64,000 bases of DNA from Massalongia carnosa (Eukaryota). Under the pieces are notes generated by a model. It had not been told where the DNA came from. It made no database searches and saw only the letters and a list, made by a program, of their open reading frames with translations. The stretch is from the NCBI GenBank assembly GCA_965645245.1, contig OZ287079.1, forward strand, positions 1,426,001 through 1,490,000, written 5' to 3'. The position numbers were made by a program, and so were the translations under genes. This document shows, in pieces, positions 10,057-23,877 of this stretch. Every line of letters starts with the position of its first letter. The stretch's first letter is position 1.

Positions 10057-13046
10057 TTAGAATCCTTTCATCAATTCGTCAAGCGTAATTGGTTTCCTAA
10101 CTGCATTTGAAAACCCCTCGTGAAAACTAACCCAGATCTCTCGATCTTTCTTTGTACCCAAAACTGATTTCACCTGCCCCATCATACACTCAGACGGCAC
10201 CCCATCTTTGGTGGATGCCGCGGCATCGTTGATGATCCTTCCAAAGAAATCACGTCTTGCCGCTGCCAGCTTCGATATTTCTCCGTCGACTACAGCTAGA
10301 ACCGTACTATTAACATCGGGAGCTAATAGTATTGGTTCTCGACCAGGCAAATTCCCGGCTCTGTATCTTGCTTGGCGCGTGGCTGCATTCTGAAGTAGGA
10401 TGTACTTCTGGTATTCCTGGTCCAGGACTTGGCGGATAGCGTACCGAGTTGCAGTAGCCACTGTCACACCACCTTGCGAGGCAGTTTCAAAATCTGCCAA
10501 CACATCAAGAGGACTAGATCATGTAAGTAAGAAATATCTTGGGGCTGTACGTGAGATACTCACGGCTCCATGCGATAGATGAAATTGCTTAGACGAATTT
10601 GGCTCCCTTCAATCTTCATTCGTTCAAACTTCACACCAACAGCGCTCATAACACCCACGGCCCTTCGTACCATGGCTCGCTCGGATTCCTTTCTAATGCT
10701 TACTACTCCCTTCTGATCACCGCTTCCACCGACAACCACCGGTTTCACATCCGGCGTCAGTATCTTGATAAGGTTTGGCAGAAGCTCGGACGAAATTTCC
10801 TCGGAAGACCTGAACGCTCGGAGCAATGGGATCGAGAAAGAAGCCTGTAGGCCTGAAAGAATCGCCTTGTTCTGCTTGTACGCCTCCGAAGCCTCAAAAT
10901 ATGCTCGAGGGCTTGAGAATGGCAGAGGTTCCTCTTCGGTATCGTCTTTCCAGCGTTTATCGTCACCCGACCATGAGCTTTTTGGAGGCGCGGCAAACAG
11001 GCAGTGAAATCCCAGGATGGCTTGGGAAAGGTATGGGCTTAATTCCCATTCTTGGCCAGAGTAGACCTTGGTGGAGAGACGATCATGAAGATGTATCCAT
11101 TCGTTCGCCATGTTGGGCTTGGATAACACCGTATCATCTTGAAATGACGCTAGAGGGTATGCAGCAAAACAATCCTCCACAATCCGGTCCGTGTCTCCAC
11201 AAGAATCGATCATGTTTCGCAACCTTTCAATCGCATTACGCTTCACCAACTCCGATACACCCACCGAGAACTTACACTGTTGCTCAGCAGGTTCGTCTGA
11301 TAACGCTGGTTTCTCCAGTTTCGGAAAGCCTGCGCCCTCCAGAAAAACTCGTTGAGCAACATCTCTGGTCCCACCCCGGCCCACTCCCCGCTCCGCACCG
11401 CCTCCTTGCGATAAACTCTGAAGCATATGTTCTTCGACCCACTTCTTGGTTAGTCGAACACCCTTGGGTGCGGACGCAGCAGGTTGGGCCCGCAACTTCG
11501 ACGCGGCCCATTCTCCAACTACCAAAATCGCTCTAAGATCTCCTTCGCCGGTGTTGCTTGAAAACTGTTGGCTTTCTCTCCTATTTTTGATGCCCCAAGT
11601 CGCTTCACAGAGCCGTCTTACCCCATCTCCGTCACAGGCAATGCCCTCTCTGTCAAAAACTATTCTTAGCCTAGCCACAACCTTATCAAGAGGCGGTCTT
11701 CGTATATGAATGGTTTCCGCAATAGATGATGAGCGGAGAGGCCTCAAAGACGGGTGATATACGTCATTGCAGATTAGAATAATGGGCCGTAGCAATCGAA
11801 ACCTATCTCCACGTTTTGATCGCTTCATTTCTCCTGCGTTTCCTAAGTTTGTTCCTAAGGATGTCGAGTTTTTCTGATCCAGAACGACCAAATCAATGAG
11901 GGCCTTAATGAACCCGCCTTCGCCGCCAGCACCCCCACCAACGACCCCGTCAACCTCGTCCACTACTACACACACCGGTTTTCCGGCTTTCCGGAGTGCC
12001 CCACCAGCATTCGAAACGTTCACGCCTCTAACGTTCTCGGTGCCGACGCTATCCTTGATTCTTCCCTTGACTACGTCCCGATTTCTGTCGTCACTAGCGT
12101 TTATCTCCACCACTTCATAGCCTGCCTGTCTGGCGCATACATGTGCTAAAGTAGTCTTACCTAACCCTGGAGGCCCTGTGAGAAGGAGGATTTTCCGATG
12201 TATGATAGCCTCCTCGGTGTTTTCCGGGAGATTTTTCAATGGCTTAGCCTTGCGAATACCAGGGAACACAATAGAATCCCAACCTTTAAGCCATCGGAGT
12301 ACATTGCGATGTGTACGCTCATCACCAACGAGGTCGGTAAACTTCTTGGCACGATATTTCTCTGTCCACATTAATGTTCGACCGAGCTTGTTTCCACTTC
12401 GACACTTGCTTGATTCAATGGATGGTCGAGGCGCTTCTACTGGCGGTTGAATTGGACCAGGATTGGCTTCTTTCCCCGCCTTTTCAATTAAGTCGTGAAT
12501 ATTAATTCCATAATAGCTTTTTGTCGCTTTTCCGGCCAAGGGATTTGATCGGGTGGCAACCAGTTGCTCATATAAAAGCGACGGCTTTGAGGTTTTTTCT
12601 TTAATCTTGAATGATTTGCCAGCTGATGTTCGTACCTGCATCTCCCGCTTGCAAGATATATCTGGCTGTTTAGCCTGAGGTTCTCTCGTTATAGCTGAAT
12701 GCAAATTAGGTGGAGCGGGAGGCGTTTTGGACATATTTTGGATCATGGCATACGTGGCCAGGTCATCTGCTGGATCATAATTATCGTCATCTTCAATGAA
12801 TGGTCCCGTTTGATTTTGAGCGATCTGAGCTTTTGCGGTCGTTATAAGAGATTCATCCACCCCATCTCTACTATTAAGCACATGACAACTCAGATCTCCC
12901 AGAATCTTGGTGCTCTTAAAATTGAGCAGCTTCCGCTTTGCTGGAAAGCCAGGTTCATCTGGTTGCGTTCTCTTCCGGCTTTCGCTCATGGCTGGAGGAG
13001 GGGAGGAACTGGGCGGGTAGGCCATGGGCGAGGAGACAAGTGGCAT
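10057..13046 (-). CDS. CTF18: Chromosome transmission fidelity protein 18 (RFC-like AAA+ clamp loader subunit)
   Basis: MWTEKYRAKKFTDL, Walker A GPPGLGKTT, EINASDDR, VVVDEVD, ILICND. Intron 10563-10514 (GTGAGT..TAG) joins the last exon ending VRKPITLDELMKGF. Confidence 0.95.
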
Positions 13047-13695
13047 ACTTTCGGAATCGGTGAAAGATTAGCGGAGGGAACTATCAAGCTCGAGACTGGG
13101 AGATTGAGAGACTGTAATGGCGTGTATCGTGGTCTAAAAATCCGCTCAATTTGTGGGTTTTCTCGCCGTGTGACTGCGCGTCTTATGTGGAGTATCCACA
13201 GGTGGCGATTAGTTTAATAAAAAACGCCCACTGCAGATAAAAGTGATCATTTCTGAAGATCCGACGCTCTAGGTGTTGTTGCAATTGAGCACTCAAGGAA
13301 CATTAAGTCCGCTGACGCGTGCTGAAACGCGTGGGGTAGTTAGTGCTACGCGGTCCAGCTAAGGAGTCGACTAACTAGCCAATTACGGAGAATCTAGTCC
13401 TCTTCCTTCCGGTGACTCTGTACCTTACAGTGGATCACGGGGATGCAACGCCTATGTCACTCTTTTCCGCGACAAGTATCCCACACTGCGATTGCGACAG
13501 GTCGATGGGTTTTCAAATAATGCGATGAAATACCGAGATACAGAATTATAGCGTCCAGAGTCTAGTAAACCTATTCCGACCTGTTTACTCGGGTACTAGC
13601 TTTCGCACTTTCATGCTCCCATGGGTCATTACGACTCCGATTCCTTGCACATTTTGTTTCGCGATTTCGCGTATAAGCATAACGGGTCTTTTCGT

Positions 13696-14442
13696 ATGGC
13701 CAATACCAACATCGGCGACGCAACAGCGAAAACCTTTGCAGAGTAAGATTGCCACCTCATCATGACCTGCCACGTTGACCAACCAAAGTCATCGCGCTCC
13801 AGGCTGCTTTCCGGGCCTCTCATGGACGTCTACGTAGGCGAGTCCAAACGCCATTGGAGTCTTCATCGCAACCTCTTGTGCCATCATTCGGCCTACTTCA
13901 AGGATCACGCCGCAGAGGATAAGAAGAACGGGACCAAGCTTGAACTTCTCGACGATGACCCAAGGGCCTTTGAGCTCTTGGTGAAATGGTTGTACCAGGG
14001 CAAAATTGACGATGTCAGTGACATGCCGACCGAGAAGAAGTGGATTTATGCAGATGCTTGTCAAAAACTTTACGTGCTATGTGATAAAATAGAGATGCCG
14101 CAATTAAAAAATTTCGCGATCGATCAATTCAGAAAAGGTTGCTTCGAAGCTGGACTTGTCCCGGGACCAGAGGAAATGAAGCCAATTTACGATAAAACAC
14201 CTTCTTCGTCGCCATTTCGGAAGCTTGTAAGTAGGATTGCTGCTCGTCAGATCATGGATCCAGAAAATCAAAATGATGCTAGAATGTATAAGATGTGTGT
14301 TGAAGGAAATCCTGATTTCGCAATTGACGTAATCAACGCTATTAGAGAAGGAGCAGGAGGGACATTGTTCCCAGATCCTACCGAAGGAAGGGGGTGTATA
14401 TATCATGAACATAACGATGGTCAAGTGTGTGATGTTGGTTGA
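13696..14442 (+). CDS. BTB/POZ domain protein
   Basis: VYVG..WSLHRNLLCHHSAYF..LLDDDPRAFELLVKWLYQG..LYVLCDK. ATG 13696 plus intron 13743-13802 (GTAAGA..TTGAC..CAG) gives an in-frame N-terminus. Confidence 0.85.
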
Positions 14443-15178
14443 ATCTAACAATTAATACCAGCTCCCCACAGTAAAACACCGCTGGACTCTTTTGAGCACG
14501 GTTAGTCCGCTACCTTTTCCAAATCATATGAACTTTCTTAAACTTGTTAGAAAAGAAAACATCAAAAATACTCCCGTGCGGCAACACAGAAGAAGGGAGA
14601 AATTGATGAGAGGAGCCGATGTTAACATTGGGAAATCGGACAGACTAAATCTCACCAGCGGCGCGGCGCGTTGCCTGCGTCATGACCTCCCGCATTGCAA
14701 AAAACTCAACCTGCTTAGAGAGATCTGCCACGGGCTCGGGAATAGGTCAACCTTTTGATCAGTCAAACGCAGAGGTAAGTCACATTTGTCGACAATTCTC
14801 GGTCAACGAGCCGAACAAAGATTCTGGTGGAGGAAACAGGTTAGTTTTAACTGTTGCTGACCAATATCCATCAGTCAGCTAAATTCTCGCTCGTTCGGGG
14901 GTGATCGCATCTCCAGACGCGCGACTTCTCATGATTCATCACTATGCAAACCTCAACACGCTGATTGGCTGCCATGCAAGGTTCAGTAAAATGGGGTTCG
15001 GAAAAAGTGGAGCTATGATCGTCTTAGCGTTCACCCAATAAATCTAAGTCTTTGGAAGGGTATACCACGATTGCCTTATATAATATGAGTCCTGACCGTG
15101 ATCTTTCGTCATCCTCATCAAGATCCAGTTGCAATTTGCGTATTCAGTATAAGTCCTCAGCACACTCCAATTGTCTAA

Positions 15179-15937
15179 ATGTCTCAGCCAATCATCTTGT
15201 ATTCGCATCGTGGCGGCCCCAACCCATGGAAGGTATGTTTGATCAGCCAAGTTATATTGACGGCCATTGAGAATTGTCACAGGTAGCTATCATACTTGAG
15301 GAACTCGGCATTCCTTACGAGTCAAAGTTTGACATGAAGATTAAAGAGGAACCCTACACCAAGCTGAACCCTAACGGACGGTATGAGTTTTTGCGTTCAG
15401 CTTATCTATTTCTTCATCTAATAGACGTTTGAGATTAGTACTCCAACCATTGAAGACCCAAATTCGGGGATTGTGCTTTGGGAGTCGGGTGCCATTATCG
15501 AGTACTTAATCGATCGATATGATACATCAGCTAAGCTGAGTTTCACTTCTTCGCCTGAAAAATACTATCTCCAACAATGGCTTTTCTTTCAAATGTCTGG
15601 GCAGGGTCCTTATTTTGGTCAAGCTGCATGGTTCAGTCACTATCATCCGGAGAAGTTCCCTTCGGCCATCGAACGCTACAGGAATGAGATCAAGCGTGTG
15701 ACGATGGTCTTGAACAATGCGTTGAGCGGGAAGGAATACTTGGTTGGCAACAAGTGCACTTATGCGGATTTAGCCTTTGTGTCTTGGTACCAAGCCCTCC
15801 CATACTTGATGGGAGAGGACAAATTTGATTTTGCCGGCGAGTATCCCAACTGGCACGCTTGGATGGAAAGATTGGTGGCACGACCATCAGTGCAGAAGGT
15901 AACGAAGGACAAGGCGGAAGCGTTTTCCCAGAAGTAA
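15179..15937 (+). CDS. Glutathione S-transferase (Ure2-like)
   Basis: Exons read MSQPIILYSHRGGPNPWK / VAIILEELGIPY..LNPNGR / TPTIEDP..LWESGAIIEYL..WLFFQMSGQGPYFGQ; two GT-AG introns. Confidence 0.92.
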
Positions 15938-17153
15938 GAATGGTATGGATTTCACGTGTTGGAGAAAGGCAAGCACATGATTCCCGAACGAGGGAGTCTT
16001 TCATCATGTCTCGGATGATAAGAATAAATTCTTACAGAAGGGAAGCTGTGGAGGAAAAGAATTCTGAACTTATTTGTCTCCAATATCAAGGGAGATCTTT
16101 ACATTTGTGTGATCTCCTTTGTAACGTGCGTGCACGGTTTCGACCAACCTTGTGCTAGAGCTAAGTCTTTCTTGACCACCTATCACAATGATATTTGTTT
16201 ATCGATCGGAAAGTGTCAAACCGACTTGCGATGAGTTATCAATAGACGCACAGAGTCCATTTGACTAGGTATTGATCAAGGTTCGGATTGTGCCAGATCT
16301 AGTAGATTTTTAATAACCAACTAATTCTCTAACCACATCCACCGCTGTGTCTTGGTATTTATTTAGCTTTTAGAGCCAAGAATACAAGTCATCACATAAG
16401 TCTCAGGACAGATTGCGGACTTAGAAACGGCGTTATGTAACTAGGGGTTCCTGCAAGCGATGTTTAGCTTGCATGCATGGTGAGATGTGATCTTGTTAGG
16501 CCTCCTTTAGTTATCTAAGCTTTAAATTTTCTATCGCCTTCAAGAAACCTTCATTTTTAGGTCCATACGATTTCAATCCACAAGAAGCCAGTATAAAGCA
16601 TCATTGCCTGAACTTGGGGGTACGTTAGGTAGCTTCTCAAACATGCATTGGTAGAGCCGGGTCGGATATATGTAAAACCTCGTTGATTTTCCTTTTCGCC
16701 GAAGGGGTGTTGTTCTACGCACATCAGATCGTTGTTCTTGGCGTTTTTCTTTCCTCCGAGATTCATGCATAATGGGATTGATTTGCATCCTGTATGGAGC
16801 ACGGAGTTAATTTATTTTCGGATGGAGGAGGTTTTCGAACCCTGCCCTGACATGGGGAGGGCTCCCTGAAGAAGAAGGCCATCGCTACATTATCAAGTTT
16901 GGAGTTCCTGATCATCACGGCTCTCAATTTCCACTGCGTCGCTCTCTGTTACTTTACATTTCGGACTTTGCTGCCTCTTCTTGATTGATTGAGCTCGGAA
17001 TTAAGCTCGATGCGGAGAATCATATCCGTCAGTACAGGCCTAGAGGCAGACCTGAGATAAAACGCATATAAACAAAGATAGTATCTAGAAGACAGAAAAC
17101 CCCCATCCGTCAGTCCTCCATTTCAACTCAAGCTAACATATTCTGCCAGCAAT

Positions 17154-18238
17154 ATGGCCACGCACCGCGCACGCGTACTTCAGTCTCTTAACAAGCCCTT
17201 ATCCCTCGAGACAGTTCCTCGGCCTAATGTAAAAGCGGGCGAGGTCATTGTTTGAGTCATCTCTGTGTCTCTCCTTGCGTATTTGTATGAAGTTCTCAAT
17301 GGCTCCTTGCCCTTTCCTCTCTCCCTTCCGATGACTCCAGGTCTGAGCGCAGTAGGCCGTGTGGAGCAGGTTGGTCCGGACGCCACAAGTCTTCATCCAG
17401 GCCAGCTTGTGTACTGCGACCTCACCGTCCATGGGCGCGACTTCGGTTACCATCATGATGGGTCTTCACGGTGGTGGCTATCCAGCAGCTCAGAAGCTCA
17501 TGGACAGCGAATGGCGGAACGGCACGTTTGCAGAATACACAAAATTTCCGCTCGAAAACGTCTTTGCGCTGGATGAAGAGCTGTTGATCAGAACCAAGGG
17601 TTATTCCGTAGCGGAATTAACCTGGCTTTCTGGGTGTCTAGTGCCATATGGCGGCTTGCGCGAGATAGTGGTAATTGTGGCGCCCGCGACGGGAAAGTTT
17701 GGGGATGCGGCCGTGACAGTGGCTTTAGCCATGGGCGCGAAAGTGATTGCCGCTGGTAGAAACACTACCGCACTTGCGGCGCTAAATTCCGTCTTCGATG
17801 GTACGGGACGAATCAAGACAGTGACCTTGAGTGGAGATATATCCGAGGATGCAGAGGCCCTTAAACGAGCGGCTTCCAATGCCGACGGTGCCGATGCGTA
17901 CATCGACTTCTCTCCAGCCGCGGCGGCCAAAAGCTCTCATATTGTCGCTGCGCTCTCGGCGCTACGTCCATTCGGAAAATGTGCGCTCATGGGCGATATC
18001 GTAGGCGAATTATCCATCCCGTATGAGCTAGTCAAGCCTCCGTATTCAGGGAAGGTTCATGTTCGACAGGCCTCATATCACCCAGCTGATCCGGATGGTG
18101 GAAGCAGGCAACCTGAAATTGGGTGTCGAAGCCGGCATGAAAAACCTTGGACCCTACAGCCTTGACAATATTGATGAAGCGATTAAGGCTACAGCAGAGA
18201 CGAGCGGTTGGGGAAGCCATGTTACCCTCAATCCGTGA
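17154..18238 (+). pseudogene. Zinc-binding alcohol dehydrogenase (MDR/GroES-like) pseudogene
   Basis: PMTPG..AVGRVEQVG, GTFAEY, VAPATGKFG and YIDFSP motifs. In-frame TGA at 17253 and frameshifts near 17440 and 18030. Confidence 0.85.
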
Positions 18239-18853
18239 ATCGTGCATGCAGTCTTTGGCTTCGCAGCTTTACAATAAGCTGAAGGCATTATGAAAACTAC
18301 GGACCGGTGCGATGGTTATGATGGTTAAAGTGGATTTTTCGTTTGTGTTAGCTACCTAGGCCACTTACACTCCTTGCTTTCTCATGTATTTTCCCAGAGC
18401 TTGGCTGTCAGACGGAGGGTTTCTCATCCCATTAATGTCCTCTTGTTGGATACCAACCTATGGCGCTAGACATTATTATGGTCACGTATAACAGTAGTTA
18501 GACCTATTCCGGTAAGCGGCATAGAAGTAGAGAGTCACGAGAGTCATAGAATCATGAATATAACAAAATGAATAACCTCATACTTCTACACCTCTAGTAC
18601 TAAGAGAAGCAAATGAAATAATATCAACAAGCATCTTGATATGCGAATATCATTCTCTCATGGGAATTGGCTATGAGTTGAAAGAAAAGAAGAAGAAAAA
18701 CCTAGGGCAGATTGGTCCACCTTATCAGAAACATATGAAGACCATTTATTAACACATGATATAAATACTCCGCAGGGTGCTAGCGTGGTGACATGATTAA
18801 TCCTGATAGCTTAGTGTACATATTGGTTGGTTCGATGCGCCATCGATGCGCCA

Positions 18854-18867
18854 GATAAGATCTTATC
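18854..18867. promoter_or_regulatory. Palindromic pair of GATA sites upstream of TOK1
   Basis: Perfect palindrome GATAAGATCTTATC about 200 bp before the ATG at 19063. Confidence 0.3.
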
Positions 18868-19062
18868 AGTACGGAATACAAATACGTACAGAGTCCTCCG
18901 TACGTCCTACCTTCACCCTCCGGACCGTCCTTTGACCTCCATCATTTGTTCAGCCTTCGTTCAGCCATAACCCATTTGGCTTAGAGGCTGCATGATCTTC
19001 CTATATGATGTGCTGATCATGGAGACGAATGACCATCTACTCCGTACTCGGGATCATACGAG

Positions 19063-21729
19063 ATGCCAATTTCCGACCCGTCAAGCAGCAGAAAGCCTTC
19101 TTCAGACCCTCATCGTCAAAATGGGGTTATGGAAGCAACACATCCTGAGGAACATGCACCCGGTCGACTTCCCATGAGAGTGAGCTTTCATCTGAGACCG
19201 GACGACGATGATGAGTCCCAAGATTGGTGGTTTGCCTCAACCGCAATACCGTTAATGGCTGCCACCACCGGGCCATTAGCTAACGTGATGTCTATCGCCG
19301 CCCTTCTCACTCCCTGGCGAGCAAACTACGAAACAGGCTTTGTGGGTGTAGATATGCATACAAAAGGTTACGCAGACCCCCGGTGGTGCATTGCGCTCAA
19401 CGCTGCATCGCTGGCTTGTGGTTTTGTTGGCAACGTGTTTCTTCTCTTCAACTTCACTAGGCGTGTGCGGTGTAAGTGTCAGATCGTACAGGCTAAGTTC
19501 TGACTTGCTGACTGAGTTAGATATCATTGCTTTACCTATGACTATAGTTCTCTGGTATTTTGCAACAGGAATCGTAAGTAAAGTACTTGAAAGGTTGAAC
19601 GGCACCCATGTTGTGTTGAACGATGGTGATTGTTTGTCAAAGCTATCAGCCTCTCATTAAGCCAATTTATCCTTTAATTTACTCTGTATGCAGCGCTTGA
19701 TCGTGTCCTCCTCTGGTTTATAATCATTTCACTTGCTCTCTTGAGTAAGGTGAGTTCTGACGGCGCTCGCATAATTTCATCCACGTTTCCAATCGAATTC
19801 AACATTCTTTTAGAATCTCGACAGCGACCCTTCTGCTTTCTACCGTTCTCCTATATTTGAAGCTACTTCTAGGATTTTAAATGCTGCAATAGCGTATTTG
19901 TTTTCTGTTCGGCTAGTCGACCATGTACTGAGAAGTCATATTGATCATAGTTGATGGCAATTACAATATCCATAAACAAATTCATCCCTCCCCAACGCCC
20001 CGAACAGACCTATTCGCAGGGGTATTGGCATGCGGTCATCGCCGCAATACTATATCTGGTATCATCAATGCTTCTCATGGTCAACATGCTGGGCTATTTT
20101 CTTGGACACTACCCCCAGCACTTTGAGCTTAACGACGAACAACGAAACTTGATACTACAAACGATGCTGTTTTTTATATGGCTTGCGGGTGGTGCTGGAG
20201 TCTTCGCTAAAGTTTCAGACTTTCAATATGTGGACATGTTATATTTCTGCGATGTGACTATTCTCACTATTGGATTCGGTGATTTTCACCCAATCAACGA
20301 CATTGGGCGAGGACTTATTTTCCCCTACTCGGTCGGTGGCATTATCATTCTAGGCCTGATGGTAAACAGTATTCGAAAATTTGCGCGAGAAATATCGCAT
20401 GTCAATATTATTAAGTCACACGTCGAGAAACGCAGAGTGCAGACAATCGGAAGATCTATTACATCCTCATTGGAACTAGAAGACCGTGGCGCACTGCTGA
20501 AAAGGCTTTCTCCGCACGAGCGTCAACCTGAGATATCTGCGCCTCTCAACCCGAAGCCTCAAGCGCTCACATTTGATGTGGAGAAAGCTCGACAACCTAA
20601 CCGCCACAAGAAATCGTTTAGAAGGACGACGGCTTCCACGATGCATTCCGGCATTAAAGCTCTCAGGCGAGTTGGCTCTAGAAAACCCAGGCTACTTCTC
20701 TTACGGGAAGAGAAGGATCGCTTTACGGCTATGAGGGAGATCCAAAGAAGCACAACAGCATTTAAACGCTATTATGCGCTGTCCATGTCCATTATAGCTT
20801 GTGAGCTCAGCCCTGTCCCCTGAGCAAACGCTTTCCCAACCTTCCGTTCAGAAACGTATTCACAATCGTTCAAGTAGAGTCCCATCAGGACTCCTGTAAA
20901 TCTACCCTTTACTCCCAAAACTGACCGCATTGCAGTTGGACTGCTATGGTGCGTGGGTGCAATAGGCTTTTGGAAAGCGGAAGCTAAGTCTCAAGGCCTA
21001 ACATACTTCCAATCACTCTACTTCTGCTACGTCTCCCTCCTTACCATCGGTTACGGTGACCTCAGCCCTACCAGCAACGCTGGAAAACCTTTATTCATCG
21101 TCTGGTCGCTCATGGCTGTTCCCACCATGACCATCCTCATCTCCGATATGGGTGATACAGTCATTGCGTCTTTCAAGCGCGGCACCTTCCACCTCGGCGA
21201 CTGGACGGTGCTGCCTAGAGAAGGAAACTGGCGCAGCTTTCTCGAAAAGCACCCGGTGCTGCTCCGCTGGCTACAAAATAAGGCCAACAAGGCTGCCGAG
21301 AGCAAACGCCTGGCCGAAGGTTTTCGCGCTGGGCCCGCCGACGAATACCAGCAGAACACTATCACTCTCGAGGAGATTGCCGCTCAAGCGAGCTTGGACG
21401 AGCACGCGCTGGCGCGCCAACTCGCGCTGGCGATCCGCCGGACGGCCAATGATCTGAAAGCCCCGACGCATCGGCGCTACGCGTACGAGGAGTGGGTGGA
21501 GTTCACGCGGCTGATCCGGTTCAGCCGGATGAGCGCGCTGGAAATGGACGAGGAGGAGGACGAGCAAGGGCTCATCGAGTGGGATTGGATCGGCGAGGAT
21601 AGTCCCATGGTGGCCGAGGGGAGCGAGAGCGAGTGGTTGCTGGATCGACTGTGCGAGAGCCTGGAGCGCTACATGCGGAAACAGGTCAGGCATGGGCGTA
21701 AGCGCGGGCAGGGGAGCAAACTTGGATAA
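19063..21729 (+). CDS. TOK1: Two-pore outward-rectifying potassium channel
   Basis: Two pore loops (LTIGFGDF, LTIGYGDL); WWFASTAIPLMAATTGPLAN N-terminal TM region; introns at about 19472-19520, 19574-19950 and 20801-20935. Confidence 0.93.
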
Positions 21730-22166
21730 TCATGTATACATGTAGTTTAGCGTCTCTCACTTCCTCGACGGCTTTATTTAAACTCCTATCTTGTTTCCGA
21801 TAGACTTCGTATAGAACGTCAGCTATCCGCAACAGGCAAAGGTATATAGACAGTAGCAGTCTAGACTCCGAAAGGAGAGTTTAGGTACGATAGGCAGTTC
21901 CGTTTTACGAGGCTGGAGACGAATTCGACGGGAAGAATGTTTCAAGGTGTAGCGCGAGTAGTAGCGTGCATGGGCTTACCGTTCCGTCCACGAGGATGGG
22001 AAGAGCTGGCTTAAGCAAACACACAAAGCTACATTCAGCCTTTTAAATATTCAAGGGTTTATGTTCACTTCGAAGTACTGAGATGAGCAACTCCAAATCA
22101 AAGGTCCGCAGGTCATACCGAACTCCGGCTGGGTGAATAGGTATAGGTTAAATAAATAATTCGGCT

Positions 22167-23326
22167 TTACCGCTTCAGTTTCTCCATCAGTTCCGGCACT
22201 ATCTGGAACAAATCCCCCACAAGCCCCACATCGGCAACCTGGAAAATAGGTGCGTCCGCGTCCTTGTTGATTGCAGCTATGACCTTGCTGTCTTTCATGC
22301 CCGCCAGATGTTGGATTGCACCAGATATGCCCGCGCAAAGGTACAACTGCGGCGCCACGTTCTTCCCCGTCTGGCCAACTTGCAGGCTGTTGTCCGCGAA
22401 GCCGCTGTCGACCGCTGCTCTAGAGGCGCCAATGGCTGCCCCCAGCGCATCGGCGAGAGGTGGAATCAGCTGTTTAAACTGTTCCTTGGACTTCAGACCT
22501 CGCCCGCCGGACACCACCCGGTTGGCTGTGGCAAGGTCGGGGCGATCTGATTTTGCGAGATCCTCCGAGATCCATTCTGTGACCGATTCTACCTTTGGGT
22601 CCTGGCCCTCGGAGATCTCTGCCGAACCGCCTTCGATTTCGGCTGCAGGAAACGCCGTGCCTCGTACTGTGATCACTTTGATCTGATCCGTAGATTGGAC
22701 GGTGAGAATTGCGTTACCGGCGTAAATGGGGCGGACGAAAGCTGCCCAAGATTGAATTCAGCAAGTTGGAAGATGTAGCCAGTTTGATGAACGTACTGTC
22801 TTCACCCTTAATTGCAATGATATCCGATAACTGCTGGGTGTCTAGCAGTGCTGCTACTCTAGGCATCAGGTTCTTACCGAATGCCGAATGCCCTGCGAAG
22901 ATGTGGGTGAATCCCCCATGTTCGATGTTTTCCACTAGTAACGGCGCATAATTTTCAGGAAGGCCCTGCCCTGGATAGTTAGACTCTATAACACCCGGCA
23001 CCGTAGAAAGTAAGCAGATGTACTTTATCGTATGCGCCATTATCGATCTTTATTATCTTGTCCAGCCCCTTCACTGTAGCCGCGAGTCTCGCCACCGGGT
23101 TGATATTGCTCCCCGCAACAAAGCCTGTGACGGGCCCTCCAAGCTTTTGAGCGGCAGTCACAGCGCTGAGAGACGAACTTTGCAACACTCCGTCTCTTTG
23201 TTCGAGTATGGCGAGAGAGCTGAGCAGGCGAACATGGGCTGGACGTTGTGAGGAACTGAGCCATTTTTTGGCATGAAATTGGAGTCGTAATAGCCGTAAG
23301 CTTGATTTATGCGCTAAAGACTGCAT
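22167..23326 (-). CDS. AIM45: Electron transfer flavoprotein alpha subunit, mitochondrial
   Basis: [56 protein letters not shown]; three exons. Confidence 0.95.
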
Positions 23327-23877
23327 TGCTCCTTGAATGGTGGAACGAAGCTCGACGATATAATGCGATCGATTCCATCTTGATCAGATTTCAGCGTCAT
23401 AAGCGTATGCTGTAATTAAACTAAGTGAAAGCTAAGTTAGATACTTTGTATGAAGTCGTAATTTACGGCTGTACAGAGTAACCGTTCCCAATCTCTAGAA
23501 TTCGATGCCTTCCCTTCGCAACATATTTTTCTCCAGATTCTGTAGTGCATACAGAGTAAGCCCCTGGAACATAGAGAGTATCATCTGATTGGTAGAGTAT
23601 TTGGGAGGGGCTAAAACACATTGAAAAGGTTTATAAGAAGTGTTTGACCAAAGCAATCTTTTAAAGTTCTTTCTATTGCTACCGGAAACTAAAATCTCTT
23701 CTCAAATCTAATGCATGTTTATTTTTCAAGTTTTCGGCTTTCTTCAGTACGTTGTACTATGTTAGCACTTATCATGTTAACTCGAGGCTTAGGCGTATCA
23801 ATAACTCTTGTTTGTGAAAGTCGAAGAGTTTCGGTACTCTTGACTGTGCGAGAATAATTTTCTTCTTTATCCCAAGG

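Noticed and set aside
10599..13217. Long plus-strand ORFs opposite CTF18, and similar ones opposite RRN5, BST1 and GPH1
   Set aside because: Antisense shadows of well-supported genes
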